From a virus (taxonomy: Duplodnaviria > Heunggongvirae > Uroviricota > Caudoviricetes): a stretch of 64,000 nucleotides of DNA. Every line of letters starts with the position of its first letter. Positions within the stretch are counted from its first letter, which is position 1. The stretch is taken from positions 14,463-78,462 of the IMG/VR virus record IMGVR_UViG_3300010412_000010; one strand, written 5' to 3'. Below the pieces are notes generated by a model. The model saw only the letters and a program-made list of their open reading frames with translations. It ran no database searches and was not told the DNA's origin. This document shows positions 45,401 to 54,338 of this stretch, piece after piece. The position numbers and the translations under genes are program-made.

Positions 45401-46156
45401 TTGGAGGTTCATATGAGAACATTGCGGGAAGTAAAAAATACACCACAAGAGTTGGCAGAAGAGTTTGGTGCTCTTTTGGAAGCGTCATTTTCTCGATTAT
45501 TTCAGCATTTCCAAGAGCGTCCGATTGGTATTATTACTGCATTCCGTCGTTGTAACACGCGGGAAAAAAACCGTGAGCGGAATCGGGTTCTTGCAAAAGA
45601 ATTGCGCGCTGCTGGGTATGGGTTTATCCGAGCGCATGGCTATTATCCGGAAACTGGCGATGATGGCGAAAAGAAAAAGCGCGAAGAGGTTTTTATTGTT
45701 GTTGGTGATGTTGAAGACGCGGATGGTTCCAAACTACAAAAAAAACTAACCCATCTTGGGTATAAATGGAACCAAGATTCTGTATTCATAAAGCCAGCCA
45801 ATAGCGACAATGCCAAGCTGGTTGGTACCCAAGACATTGACAGGGATTGTAAAGTTGGTGAGCCTGTGTGGCCAGGACGAAACAAGGTCGCTAGGCTTGG
45901 GAAATGGGAACCAAATAAAATCGGCCTGTTCTATTCCAAAATGACCGGCAGGACTTTCGTGTTTACTTTGTTGGATGATGGTGAGGTGGTTGAGGAATTG
46001 GATTTGACTGGTCGTGTATATTCCGATTCGTCCATGTTTGGTGCGTGGGCAAAACACCTTATTGAGAATTGCGGACATAAGGTATACACGGAAGAAGAAT
46101 ATGACGCAATTCTAGCCAAGGAAAGGGCGGAAAAGCAGAAACACCAGAGCGGTTAA
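45401..46156 (+). CDS. hypothetical protein
   Basis: 251-aa ORF, no family recognised. Confidence 0.4.
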   Translation: MEVHMRTLREVKNTPQELAEEFGALLEASFSRLFQHFQERPIGIITAFRRCNTREKNRERNRVLAKELRAAGYGFIRAHGYYPETGDDGEKKKREEVFIVVGDVEDADGSKLQKKLTHLGYKWNQDSVFIKPANSDNAKLVGTQDIDRDCKVGEPVWPGRNKVARLGKWEPNKIGLFYSKMTGRTFVFTLLDDGEVVEELDLTGRVYSDSSMFGAWAKHLIENCGHKVYTEEEYDAILAKERAEKQKHQSG

Positions 46157-46860
46157 ATGTTTTCGTATTCTGGTGTTATCTCTTTTTCGATTGACGCTAT
46201 GTTTTGGTGTAACTTTTGTTTCTTTGGCGACGAACCAAATACTGAGTCAACTTTTTGTTTCAAAAAAGAAACCGCGTCTCCTAGCGTTTTGACCAATTGG
46301 CCTTTTGATTGTGCTGTTTGTTTGTGAATGTTTGCCCATAATTCCCAGCCAGTAATTGCGTCAATGACATGTATTGGGCCAGTGATGATGTGTGCTGTTG
46401 CTTGGTCGAGTTTTAGCAAAAAATCAATAACATCTTCTTTGCGTACTTGTTTTGCGATTGAGCGAACCTGTTCCTTGTCGCCTTTGATTGCAGCAATAAA
46501 CATTTTTGCGATGTTTGGTGTTGCTATTTTCAGATATTGTATTAACCCCTTGCCTTTGTGTGCAGTTATTCCAAGTTTTTCCAAAAAATCTTTGGCGTTA
46601 TCGAGAACCCCTTCGGTCAAGTCTGTTTGTTCTGTTAATACAATTTCTTCTTGTGTCAAATACAACATTTCGGCAATGGTTTGTGTTTCGGAAAAATCAA
46701 CTGCACATTCACTTGCGCGCGCGTTTGTATACGGGGTATATACATCCAGTGATTCAAGCAGGTCTGATATTTTTTCGCATACCATTGCAGAAAACATTTT
46801 TTCAATAGAATGAAATTCTCTGTTTTCTATGGCAGTGACAATTTTTAATTCAGTTTGCAT
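46153..46860 (-). CDS. hypothetical protein (minus strand)
   Basis: 235-aa ORF; second of only two minus-strand genes; divergent from the CobT-like gene across an AT-rich 270-bp intergenic region. Confidence 0.45.
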   Translation of the reverse strand: MQTELKIVTAIENREFHSIEKMFSAMVCEKISDLLESLDVYTPYTNARASECAVDFSETQTIAEMLYLTQEEIVLTEQTDLTEGVLDNAKDFLEKLGITAHKGKGLIQYLKIATPNIAKMFIAAIKGDKEQVRSIAKQVRKEDVIDFLLKLDQATAHIITGPIHVIDAITGWELWANIHKQTAQSKGQLVKTLGDAVSFLKQKVDSVFGSSPKKQKLHQNIASIEKEITPEYENI

Positions 46861-47127
46861 TGCGACATCCTTTTTTTGGTACCTAATATTTATGTGTATT
46901 GGAATTGGTGTTTTTGCTGTATATGTATACAGTGGTTTTTTGTTAAAACCTATGATATGCTGTATGTTTATGTTGTTGGGTTGGTCGGTTTGCGCATTCC
47001 CCGACCATTAAAAAAATAGTAAATTTTGATTTACTATATGTAAGTTGTTGATTTTATTAGCATTTTTTGTTGATTTGGGTATTGCTTTTTTGTTTCGTAT
47101 CGGCGACAATATCCATGTTGATTGTGA

Positions 47128-49410
47128 ATGAGTAAGGTATTTGTAATGAGTAATGTGAATATTGACCTGTTAGCAAAACTGCTCGCGACGGAAGACATTT
47201 CCGTTGTGCATTCAAATGTCAAAACCGCCACTTTTGACACTCGCAATCGAATCCTGACCCTTCCGATTTTCAAAGAGGGTTTGTTTTCGCGCAATGTGAC
47301 CGACATGTTTATTGGCCACGAAGTTGGCCATGCCCTGTTCACTCCGATAGAAACCGATGCGGACATTAATGCCCGAAAAGACATTCCACATGCCATTGTG
47401 AATATCGTTGAGGATGCGCGGATTGAGCGATTGATAAAGCGTAGATACGCTGGGTTGGCGCGGATTTTTAATAAGGCATACACCGAAATTCACGAAGATG
47501 CGGATTTCTTCGGGTTGCGAGAAAATAATATTGATGTTGGGTCATTGTCGTTTCCCGACCGAATTAACCTGAGCGCCAAACTCGGCGCGATGTTTCTTGT
47601 TCCGTTTAGCGACAAGGAACTGGTTGTCAAGAAATTGGTGGATGATGCTGAAACCTTCGACGATGTTATTTTCGCTGCTCGTGCGGTTAATGAGTTGTAT
47701 GAAGAAGAAAACAAAAACAACGAAGAAGAAAACAACGAAGAAGAAAACAACGAAGAAGAAAACGCCGGTAAGTCTGGTTCAAACGGCGACGGTGATGATT
47801 CCGACGGTGATGCCGATGCCGACGGTGATGATGACGGTGATGATGACGGTGATGCCGATGCCGACGGCGATGATGACGGTGATGCCGATGCCGACGGCGA
47901 TGATGATTCCGACGGTGATGCCGATGCCGACGGCGATGATGATTCCGACGGTGATGATGACGGTGATGCCGATGCCGACGGCGATGATGATTCCGACGGT
48001 GATGCCGATGCCGACGGCGATGATGATTCCGACGGTGATGATGATTCCGACGGTGATGCCGAAACCAAAAAAAGCAAAGAAATTACTACCACCAATAACG
48101 AAAGTTCGTTTTTCGAATCGTTGGTTGATGTTGGTGCAAAAACACGAAGCACCGTTACTATTCCAGCAAAAGACAAAGACGGCCCGACCATCATATCTTA
48201 TGATGTGCTTGCTGCGGAAATCAAAGCGGCGATTGAATACATCGACTGTGGCACATATGCCGTTGGTTCGGTAGCCGACCACTATAACAACGAATGGAAG
48301 GCTTTCCAGAAGGAAAACTCCAATGTCGTTAATTATTTGGCAAAAGAGTTTGACCGTAAAAAGGCAGCAGATACGGCTCGTCGTGTATCGGTGAGTAAAA
48401 CTGGGGTGATTGATACGAATCTTCTGCACAAATATAAAATTTGTGAAGATGTGTTTCGGTCAAAATCCACAACAAAAGACGGCAAGAGTCATGGTATGGT
48501 GATGTATATTGACCTGTCTGGGTCAATGTATGACAAGATTAAAGATACATTCGAGCAAATTGTTGTTCTCGTGATGTTCTGTGAACGAGTTGGTATTCCG
48601 TATGAAGTATATGGATTCAGTTCTTCCCGAATTTCCACTGGTGTTAATGCGTTTTCGAGTGCCAAGGTTGGTACTGATATCGAGTTTAACAAAAAAATGT
48701 TTTTGATAAACTTTATCAGTAGTGCAATGTCTCCAAAACAAAAGCGCGACGCCACGAAGAATTTGTTTATCGCCGGTCGCCTGTTTGGCAAAACTCATAG
48801 TTCCATTCTGCACTTGTCGTCAACGCCGCTCAACGAGGCAATTTTCAGTGCCGATTATGTGGTTCGGGATTTCATTAATCGCACTCGCGTCACCAACACA
48901 ACGGTCGTGTTTTTGACCGATGGTGATGGTGATGAGTGTTGCACTAAAGACTCATACCTTGGTGTTAGTGGTAGTATTAACTTGGTAGACAAACAAACAA
49001 ACACCACCGTGTTTGTTGATGGCAAAAAGTCTCGTCGGTCTCTTACGACGGCGTTGCTGATTCGCATGAAAAAAATCTTCAATGTGAATGTTGTTGGGTT
49101 TTTTACTTGCAGTAGCGTTAATGATGTTGTTGCTGCGATTGGTTCGAATGGCGACACTAGCAACAACGAGCTTATGAATAAACGCTTTGAAATTGGACGG
49201 GAAATTAAGAGTAGCGGTTCTGGGCGAATTGATTCTGTTGGTTATGACGATTTCAACATTATCTTTTCTCGTTCCGCCACCAGCGATTCTTTCGATGGCA
49301 TTGCTGGTAACTCAACCGTTACTGGAGCCACCAACAAATTCAAGCGTGCCATGGCCAGTCGCCGGAAAAACCGTGCCGTTTTGGACGGTTTTATTGACCG
49401 AATCTGCTAA
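47128..49410 (+). CDS. CobT-like protein: N-terminal HExxH motif, central acidic D/G repeat tract, C-terminal von Willebrand A domain
   Basis: IGHEVGHAL (HExxH); about 120-aa D/G/A/S acidic low-complexity tract; MIDAS-like motif YIDLSGSM; partner AAA+ gene immediately downstream. Confidence 0.55.
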   Translation: MSKVFVMSNVNIDLLAKLLATEDISVVHSNVKTATFDTRNRILTLPIFKEGLFSRNVTDMFIGHEVGHALFTPIETDADINARKDIPHAIVNIVEDARIERLIKRRYAGLARIFNKAYTEIHEDADFFGLRENNIDVGSLSFPDRINLSAKLGAMFLVPFSDKELVVKKLVDDAETFDDVIFAARAVNELYEEENKNNEEENNEEENNEEENAGKSGSNGDGDDSDGDADADGDDDGDDDGDADADGDDDGDADADGDDDSDGDADADGDDDSDGDDDGDADADGDDDSDGDADADGDDDSDGDDDSDGDAETKKSKEITTTNNESSFFESLVDVGAKTRSTVTIPAKDKDGPTIISYDVLAAEIKAAIEYIDCGTYAVGSVADHYNNEWKAFQKENSNVVNYLAKEFDRKKAADTARRVSVSKTGVIDTNLLHKYKICEDVFRSKSTTKDGKSHGMVMYIDLSGSMYDKIKDTFEQIVVLVMFCERVGIPYEVYGFSSSRISTGVNAFSSAKVGTDIEFNKKMFLINFISSAMSPKQKRDATKNLFIAGRLFGKTHSSILHLSSTPLNEAIFSADYVVRDFINRTRVTNTTVVFLTDGDGDECCTKDSYLGVSGSINLVDKQTNTTVFVDGKKSRRSLTTALLIRMKKIFNVNVVGFFTCSSVNDVVAAIGSNGDTSNNELMNKRFEIGREIKSSGSGRIDSVGYDDFNIIFSRSATSDSFDGIAGNSTVTGATNKFKRAMASRRKNRAVLDGFIDRIC
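47711..48062 (+). repeat. in-frame tandem DNA repeats encoding (NEEEN)n and (DGDADADGDDDS)n acidic tracts
   Basis: Reiterated gaagaagaaaacaac and gacggtgatgccgatgccgacggcgatgatgattcc units. Confidence 0.8.
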
Positions 49411-49538
49411 GTTATTGAAAAATAACACAAAAAAATGTTGTTTTTATGTTGTTTTTGTGTTGATTTTGGTTGTGTTATTTGATAGACTGTCCATGTTGGT
49501 TGATGATTTTAGTGTTTTTAAGTGAAGGAGTTTATATT

Positions 49539-50768
49539 ATGGGTGTTCGTAATGATGCAAAAATCGCTTCGGTTGTTGCGTTGGTTGAGCGGTACGGTGT
49601 TGGTACTGTGACCAAGGTACAACTGAATGAATTGTCAAATGAGTTGTATGGAACGCCGCACAAATATGTGTGGATTGAGCGCGATGCGGAATTGCGAGTA
49701 AGTCGCGGGGTGTATAAGATTCCGGCATGGATTGCGTATCCGGATTCTACTGAATACGCGGTTGGTGAAGCGGTTGCTCCGGCTCCGAAAGTTGATGCTC
49801 CGGTAGAATCCAGCTATTCCAATGTGGCCACGGTTGTTCCGTTCAAAAACAACAACGGCGAAGAAGTGTATATTCCGGAAGCCATTCCGAATTTCGTGCC
49901 TTTTGGTAATTACGACAAAATCAAAAAGGTGATGTCTTCTGGATTGTTTTATCCGCTGTATGTGACTGGTCTGTCTGGTAATGGCAAGACCACCACCATC
50001 ATTGAAGTTGCCGCTGAATTGAAGCGCGAACTGTTCCGTGTGAACCTGAACGCCGAAACCGACGAAGATGATTTGCTTGGTGGATTCCGGTTGGTGAATG
50101 GTGAAACTGTTTGGGAAGACGGTCCTGTTATTCGTGCCATGGAGCGCGGTGGTGTGTTGTTGTTGGATGAAATCGACTTGGCCACCAACAAGGTGCTGTG
50201 TTTGATGCCGGTGCTTGAAGGCAAGTCAATTTACTTGAAAAAAATCAACCGCGTGGTGAAGCCGAAAGCTGGATTCACTGTGATGGCCACGGCAAACACA
50301 AAAGGTAAGGGTGACAATGCTGGTGGTTTTATCGGCACCAATGTCATGAACGAGGCGTTCTTAGACCGCTTCCCAGTGACCATGTTCAACGACTACCCAC
50401 CAGCAAAAACCGAACGCATGATTCTTAAGAAAACCTTCGAATCACTGAATATGGACTGTGTGCGTGGTTCTGACAATGCTGGGTTCGCGAAGCGGCTGGT
50501 GGATTGGGCAAATGTTGTTCGCGCAACATACCTTGATGGGGCGATTGATGAAATCATCACCACCCGTCGCCTAGTCAATATTGTCGAAGCGTTTTCGATT
50601 TTCTCCGACAAGAAAGAAGCGATTGCGTTGTGTATTGAACGATTCGACACCGAAACCCGCGATACCCTGTTGGACTTGTACACCAAGATGGATGACACAA
50701 TCGACGATGATGATTCCGACAAGAAGCCGGATGACACCACAACATCTACGGCGGTAATTGACTGGTAG
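49539..50768 (+). CDS. cobS: CobS-like / MoxR-family AAA+ ATPase
   Basis: Walker A GLSGNGKTT; Walker B VLLLDEID; sensor motifs; RBS GAAGGAG before ATG 49539. Confidence 0.75.
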   Translation: MGVRNDAKIASVVALVERYGVGTVTKVQLNELSNELYGTPHKYVWIERDAELRVSRGVYKIPAWIAYPDSTEYAVGEAVAPAPKVDAPVESSYSNVATVVPFKNNNGEEVYIPEAIPNFVPFGNYDKIKKVMSSGLFYPLYVTGLSGNGKTTTIIEVAAELKRELFRVNLNAETDEDDLLGGFRLVNGETVWEDGPVIRAMERGGVLLLDEIDLATNKVLCLMPVLEGKSIYLKKINRVVKPKAGFTVMATANTKGKGDNAGGFIGTNVMNEAFLDRFPVTMFNDYPPAKTERMILKKTFESLNMDCVRGSDNAGFAKRLVDWANVVRATYLDGAIDEIITTRRLVNIVEAFSIFSDKKEAIALCIERFDTETRDTLLDLYTKMDDTIDDDDSDKKPDDTTTSTAVIDW

Positions 50769-50837
50769 CTGTAACTGAATTGTTGTTCTTGTTGGGGGAA
50801 GGAACTCCTTCCCCCGTTTTTCATATATGAGGGTTGT

Positions 50838-51395
50838 ATGTCAAATAAAAAAACAAATTTGATTGGGCTGTCTGGTAAAGCGCGAGTTGGTAAAGACACT
50901 TCTGCTGATTACTTGGTTGGGCTAACTGGTTACCAAAAATATTCATTTGCCAGACCAATCAAAGATGCTTGTAATCATATTTTCATGTGGGACGAACGAC
51001 ATTCGGATGGTGAACTGAAAGAATGCGTCGACCCGTTCTGGGGCATTTCCCCGCGCTATGCGTATCAGACTCTTGGAACCGAATGGGGTCGGGATATTAT
51101 CAACAAGGACATTTGGCTTATGCGCGCGATACGCGTAGCAGAACAATGCAATGGGCTAATCATCCCTGATGTTCGTTTTGAAAACGAAGCGTCTTTTATC
51201 AGAACCAATGGCGGCATATTGATTCATATCGAGCGCGATGGTGCGGAAAAAGTTCTGCAACACGCCAGCGAAGCCGGTATAAAAAAAGAAAAAACAGATT
51301 TTGTTGTATTTAATAATGGTTCCGTTGATGAATTGTGGTCAGCACTGGACGCCATATTTTTATCCCACATCGTTAAACGCAATATCGAGGTATAA
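50838..51395 (+). CDS. 1: deoxynucleoside monophosphate kinase (T4 gp1-like)
   Basis: LIGLSGKARVGKDTSADYL...ARPIKDA resembles T4 gp1 LIFLSGVKRSGKDTTADFI...AGPIKDA. Confidence 0.75.
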   Translation: MSNKKTNLIGLSGKARVGKDTSADYLVGLTGYQKYSFARPIKDACNHIFMWDERHSDGELKECVDPFWGISPRYAYQTLGTEWGRDIINKDIWLMRAIRVAEQCNGLIIPDVRFENEASFIRTNGGILIHIERDGAEKVLQHASEAGIKKEKTDFVVFNNGSVDELWSALDAIFLSHIVKRNIEV

Positions 51396-51397
51396 CT

Positions 51398-52075
51398 ATG
51401 AAACTGTCAAGCGAAGCTCTCCAAGTATTGAAAAATTTTTCAACAATCTGCAAAGGACTTTCTGTCTCTAAAGGAAATGTCTTGCGCACAACCAATCCCG
51501 GACGAACCGTGCTGGCCGAAGCTACTCTGGAAGAAGATTTTCCGAAATCATTTTCCGTATATGACTTGACAGAATTGCTTGGTGTGTTGTCCCTGTTCAA
51601 GTCGCCCATATTTGATTTTGATGTTGATGATTCATTTGTTGTTATCCGCGAAGAAGATGGTCGTTCCAACTTGCGGTTTAATTTCTGTGACCCGACATTT
51701 GTTGATTCTCCAAAAAAAGAAATCATTATGCCGGATGAGAAAATCAAGTTCGTCATTTCCGCCGATGAACTGGCGCAGACCATTCGTGCCGCTTCTATTC
51801 TTCAGGCACCAAACATCGTGTTCAGTAGTGACGGTCAAGATATTTTCGTTGAGGCGACAGACGAAAAAAATTCTTCTGTCAATAATTTCAAATTGAAGGT
51901 TGCTGATGGCAATGGTGATAAATATCGAATTGTATTATTGGCCGCAAACTTCAAGATGCTCCCAAACACATACAATGTGAGTATTTCGTCCAAGCCGATT
52001 TGTCGGTTTGAGAGTGATGATGGCAGTGTTCGGTACTATGCCGCACTGGAAACAACAACCACATATGGTGAGTAA
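51398..52075 (+). CDS. 45: sliding clamp gp45
   Basis: MKLSSEALQVLKNFSTI...LLGVLSL resembles T4 gp45 MKLSKDTTALLKNFATI...FLGILSL; 225 aa. Confidence 0.85.
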   Translation: MKLSSEALQVLKNFSTICKGLSVSKGNVLRTTNPGRTVLAEATLEEDFPKSFSVYDLTELLGVLSLFKSPIFDFDVDDSFVVIREEDGRSNLRFNFCDPTFVDSPKKEIIMPDEKIKFVISADELAQTIRAASILQAPNIVFSSDGQDIFVEATDEKNSSVNNFKLKVADGNGDKYRIVLLAANFKMLPNTYNVSISSKPICRFESDDGSVRYYAALETTTTYGE

Positions 52076-52076
52076 T

Positions 52077-53033
52077 ATGTCATTGATTGATGAACTGTGG
52101 TGGGCGGAAAAATATCGTCCAAAAACTGTGTCCGAATGTATCCTACCAGAAGAAACCAAACAGATTTTTCAGAAAATGGTTTCGTCTGGCACGCTGTCTA
52201 TGCATTTGTTGTTGCACGGAAGCGCAGGAACCGGCAAGACCGCCGTGGCAAAGGCAATGTGTGAAGAACTTGGTGTTGATTACTTGTTTGTGAACGCAAG
52301 CAACGAAAGAAACATCGACACACTACGAACAAAGATTGCCCAGTTTGCAAGTTCGGTTTCTATCGGTGGTGGAATCAAAGTGGTGATTCTGGACGAGGCC
52401 GATTACCTGAACAAAGATAGTACACAGCCAGCACTCCGTGCCTTTATGGAAGAGTTTTCTTCAAATTGTAAATTCATATTGACCTGCAATTTTCCGAATA
52501 GGCTGATTGATGCGATTCGGTCTCGTTGCACCGAAATACAATTCAGGGTTCCGGATGAAGAGAAAAAACACCTTATGGGGATGTTACTGAAACGGGTTGT
52601 TTCGATTCTGGATTCAGAAGGTGTTGCTTACGATAAGCGTGTTGTTGCGACTATTATTACAAAATTCTTCCCAGACAATCGACGAATTTTGAACATACTT
52701 CAAAAATTCCATACACTTGGTTCGCCAATTGATTCTGGAGTATTGTCTAGTCTGGTGTCCGTTGATTTCGAAGACTTATTGAATGCTCTTCGCCACAAGA
52801 ATTTCACCGACATGCGAAAGTGGGTTGCCTTCTATGGTGATAATGACCCCGCCGTTGTTTTCCGTAGGTTTTATGATGAGTCATATACCATTTTCAAAAA
52901 GGAAAGTATACCGGAAGTGGTGTTGTTAATTGCTCGGTATCAGGAAGCCGCGTCCGTCGTGGCCGACCAAGAGATTAACTTGGCTGCGTTCCTGACAGAG
53001 ATAATGATGAATGTGGAGTTTGTTGATGCCTGA
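52077..53033 (+). CDS. 44: clamp loader large subunit gp44 (AAA+, RFC-like)
   Basis: WAEKYRP...LLLHGSAGTGKT Walker A; DEAD box ILDEAD; start trimmed to ATG 52077. Confidence 0.85.
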   Translation: MSLIDELWWAEKYRPKTVSECILPEETKQIFQKMVSSGTLSMHLLLHGSAGTGKTAVAKAMCEELGVDYLFVNASNERNIDTLRTKIAQFASSVSIGGGIKVVILDEADYLNKDSTQPALRAFMEEFSSNCKFILTCNFPNRLIDAIRSRCTEIQFRVPDEEKKHLMGMLLKRVVSILDSEGVAYDKRVVATIITKFFPDNRRILNILQKFHTLGSPIDSGVLSSLVSVDFEDLLNALRHKNFTDMRKWVAFYGDNDPAVVFRRFYDESYTIFKKESIPEVVLLIARYQEAASVVADQEINLAAFLTEIMMNVEFVDA

Positions 53034-53418
53034 GTTGAGAGACTTTCTTCGTGCGGTGAACGAGACGAAAACAGATTTGTTCTTGGAAAACGGTGACCCC
53101 GAAGCTGTCGAATCGGCATATGTTCCATTTGTGATGAACAAGTGCATGAGTTATTTCATTGATACTGTGTTGATTGCCAACGAGCTAAACAAACATCCAT
53201 CACTTGGTAAGAAACCGCAATTTCATTTTCTTCTAAATACTGTTAGGGTCAGAAAGCGATTCAGCAAATGGATTAAGCCGGATGACCTAGACCTGATTGA
53301 GGCTGTTTGTGAATATCATTCTTGTAGCAAAAGAAAGGCACTAGAAATCTTAGATGTCCTGCCTCAGTCAGATATTGACAATATAATAAGAAAAACGGAA
53401 AAAGGCGGCAAAAAATGA
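53026..53418 (+). CDS. 62: clamp loader small subunit gp62 (by synteny)
   Basis: Overlaps the gp44 stop (ATGCCTGA); sits between gp44 and regA. Confidence 0.55.
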   Translation: MPELRDFLRAVNETKTDLFLENGDPEAVESAYVPFVMNKCMSYFIDTVLIANELNKHPSLGKKPQFHFLLNTVRVRKRFSKWIKPDDLDLIEAVCEYHSCSKRKALEILDVLPQSDIDNIIRKTEKGGKK

Positions 53419-53840
53419 ACAGAGCCAATGTTGTAATTGGAGTTGATACCATGCTTGAAGTGAAACTGAATGATGCGGAAAATTTTTTGAAAATAAAAGA
53501 GACACTAACCAGAATTGGTATCGCGTCCGAAAAAACAAAAATTTTGTACCAGTCGTGCCACATACTACACAAACGCGGGCGTTATTTTATTGTTCATTTC
53601 AAAGAACTGTTTGCTCTTGATGGTAAGCCTGTAGATTTTTCAGAAAACGATATTGCTCGCCGAAATAAAATCGCCGCATTGCTGGAAGAGTGGGGGTTGG
53701 TTGAAATCGTCAACAAACAAGCATTCCAATCGCCGATGGCGACGGTTTCGCAAATAAAAATTCTTCCGTATGGCGAAAAGGAACAGTGGAACCTAGAAGC
53801 CAAATACGAAATGCGTGTTAAAAAAACCGAGGATAAGTAA
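53415..53840 (+). CDS. regA: translational repressor RegA
   Basis: NFLKIKETLTRIGIASEKTKILYQSCHILHKRGRYFIVHFKEL matches T4 RegA DFLKVKETLTRMGIANNKDKVLYQSCHILQKKGLYYIVHFKEM. Confidence 0.88.
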   Translation: MNRANVVIGVDTMLEVKLNDAENFLKIKETLTRIGIASEKTKILYQSCHILHKRGRYFIVHFKELFALDGKPVDFSENDIARRNKIAALLEEWGLVEIVNKQAFQSPMATVSQIKILPYGEKEQWNLEAKYEMRVKKTEDK

Positions 53841-54316
53841 TGCTGCTTAAATATTATCGAGTTTCTGGAAATAGCATTGAGCACCCAAAACGCGCCACCG
53901 CGTCTAGTGCGTGTTTTGATTTGGTTGCTGATATCAAAGGGCGAAAAGTCAAAAAAATGACGCGCAATGGAATACCGCGCGAAATCGAATGTGAAGATGA
54001 AATTATCATTGGACACGGCGAACGCGTTCTGGTACCATGCGGTCTAATTTTTGATATACCTGCTGGACACTCTCTTCGAATTCACAAACATGGCATCACA
54101 ATGGCAAACGCCGAAGGCGTTGTCGACGAGGATTATGTCGAAGAAACTATGGTGCTGCTGATGAACACCAGCGACAGTCCTTACTACATTAAGCACGGTG
54201 ACCGTATCGCACAAGCGGAAATTGTGGTTGATTGTCGAATGGGTATGATGGAAATTGAATCCCGCCCAACACAAAAAACGGATAGAAATGGGGGGTTTGG
54301 TTCCACTGGTAAATAA
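53840..54316 (+). CDS. dUTPase/dCTP-deaminase superfamily protein
   Basis: Motif EGVVDEDYVEE resembles dUTPase motif 3 GVIDSDYRGE; 158 aa. Confidence 0.5.
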   Translation: MLLKYYRVSGNSIEHPKRATASSACFDLVADIKGRKVKKMTRNGIPREIECEDEIIIGHGERVLVPCGLIFDIPAGHSLRIHKHGITMANAEGVVDEDYVEETMVLLMNTSDSPYYIKHGDRIAQAEIVVDCRMGMMEIESRPTQKTDRNGGFGSTGK

Positions 54317-54338
54317 TGATAATTAATGTGAGGTGTGA

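Noticed and set aside
47490-48429. Long alternative-frame and antisense ORFs (234, 225 and 216 aa) across the acidic repeat tract
   Set aside because: They are low-complexity frames (poly-Ser/Pro, poly-Met/Thr/Val) generated by the GAT/GAC-rich repeat. The in-frame CobT-like reading is continuous for 760 aa with recognisable flanking domains.
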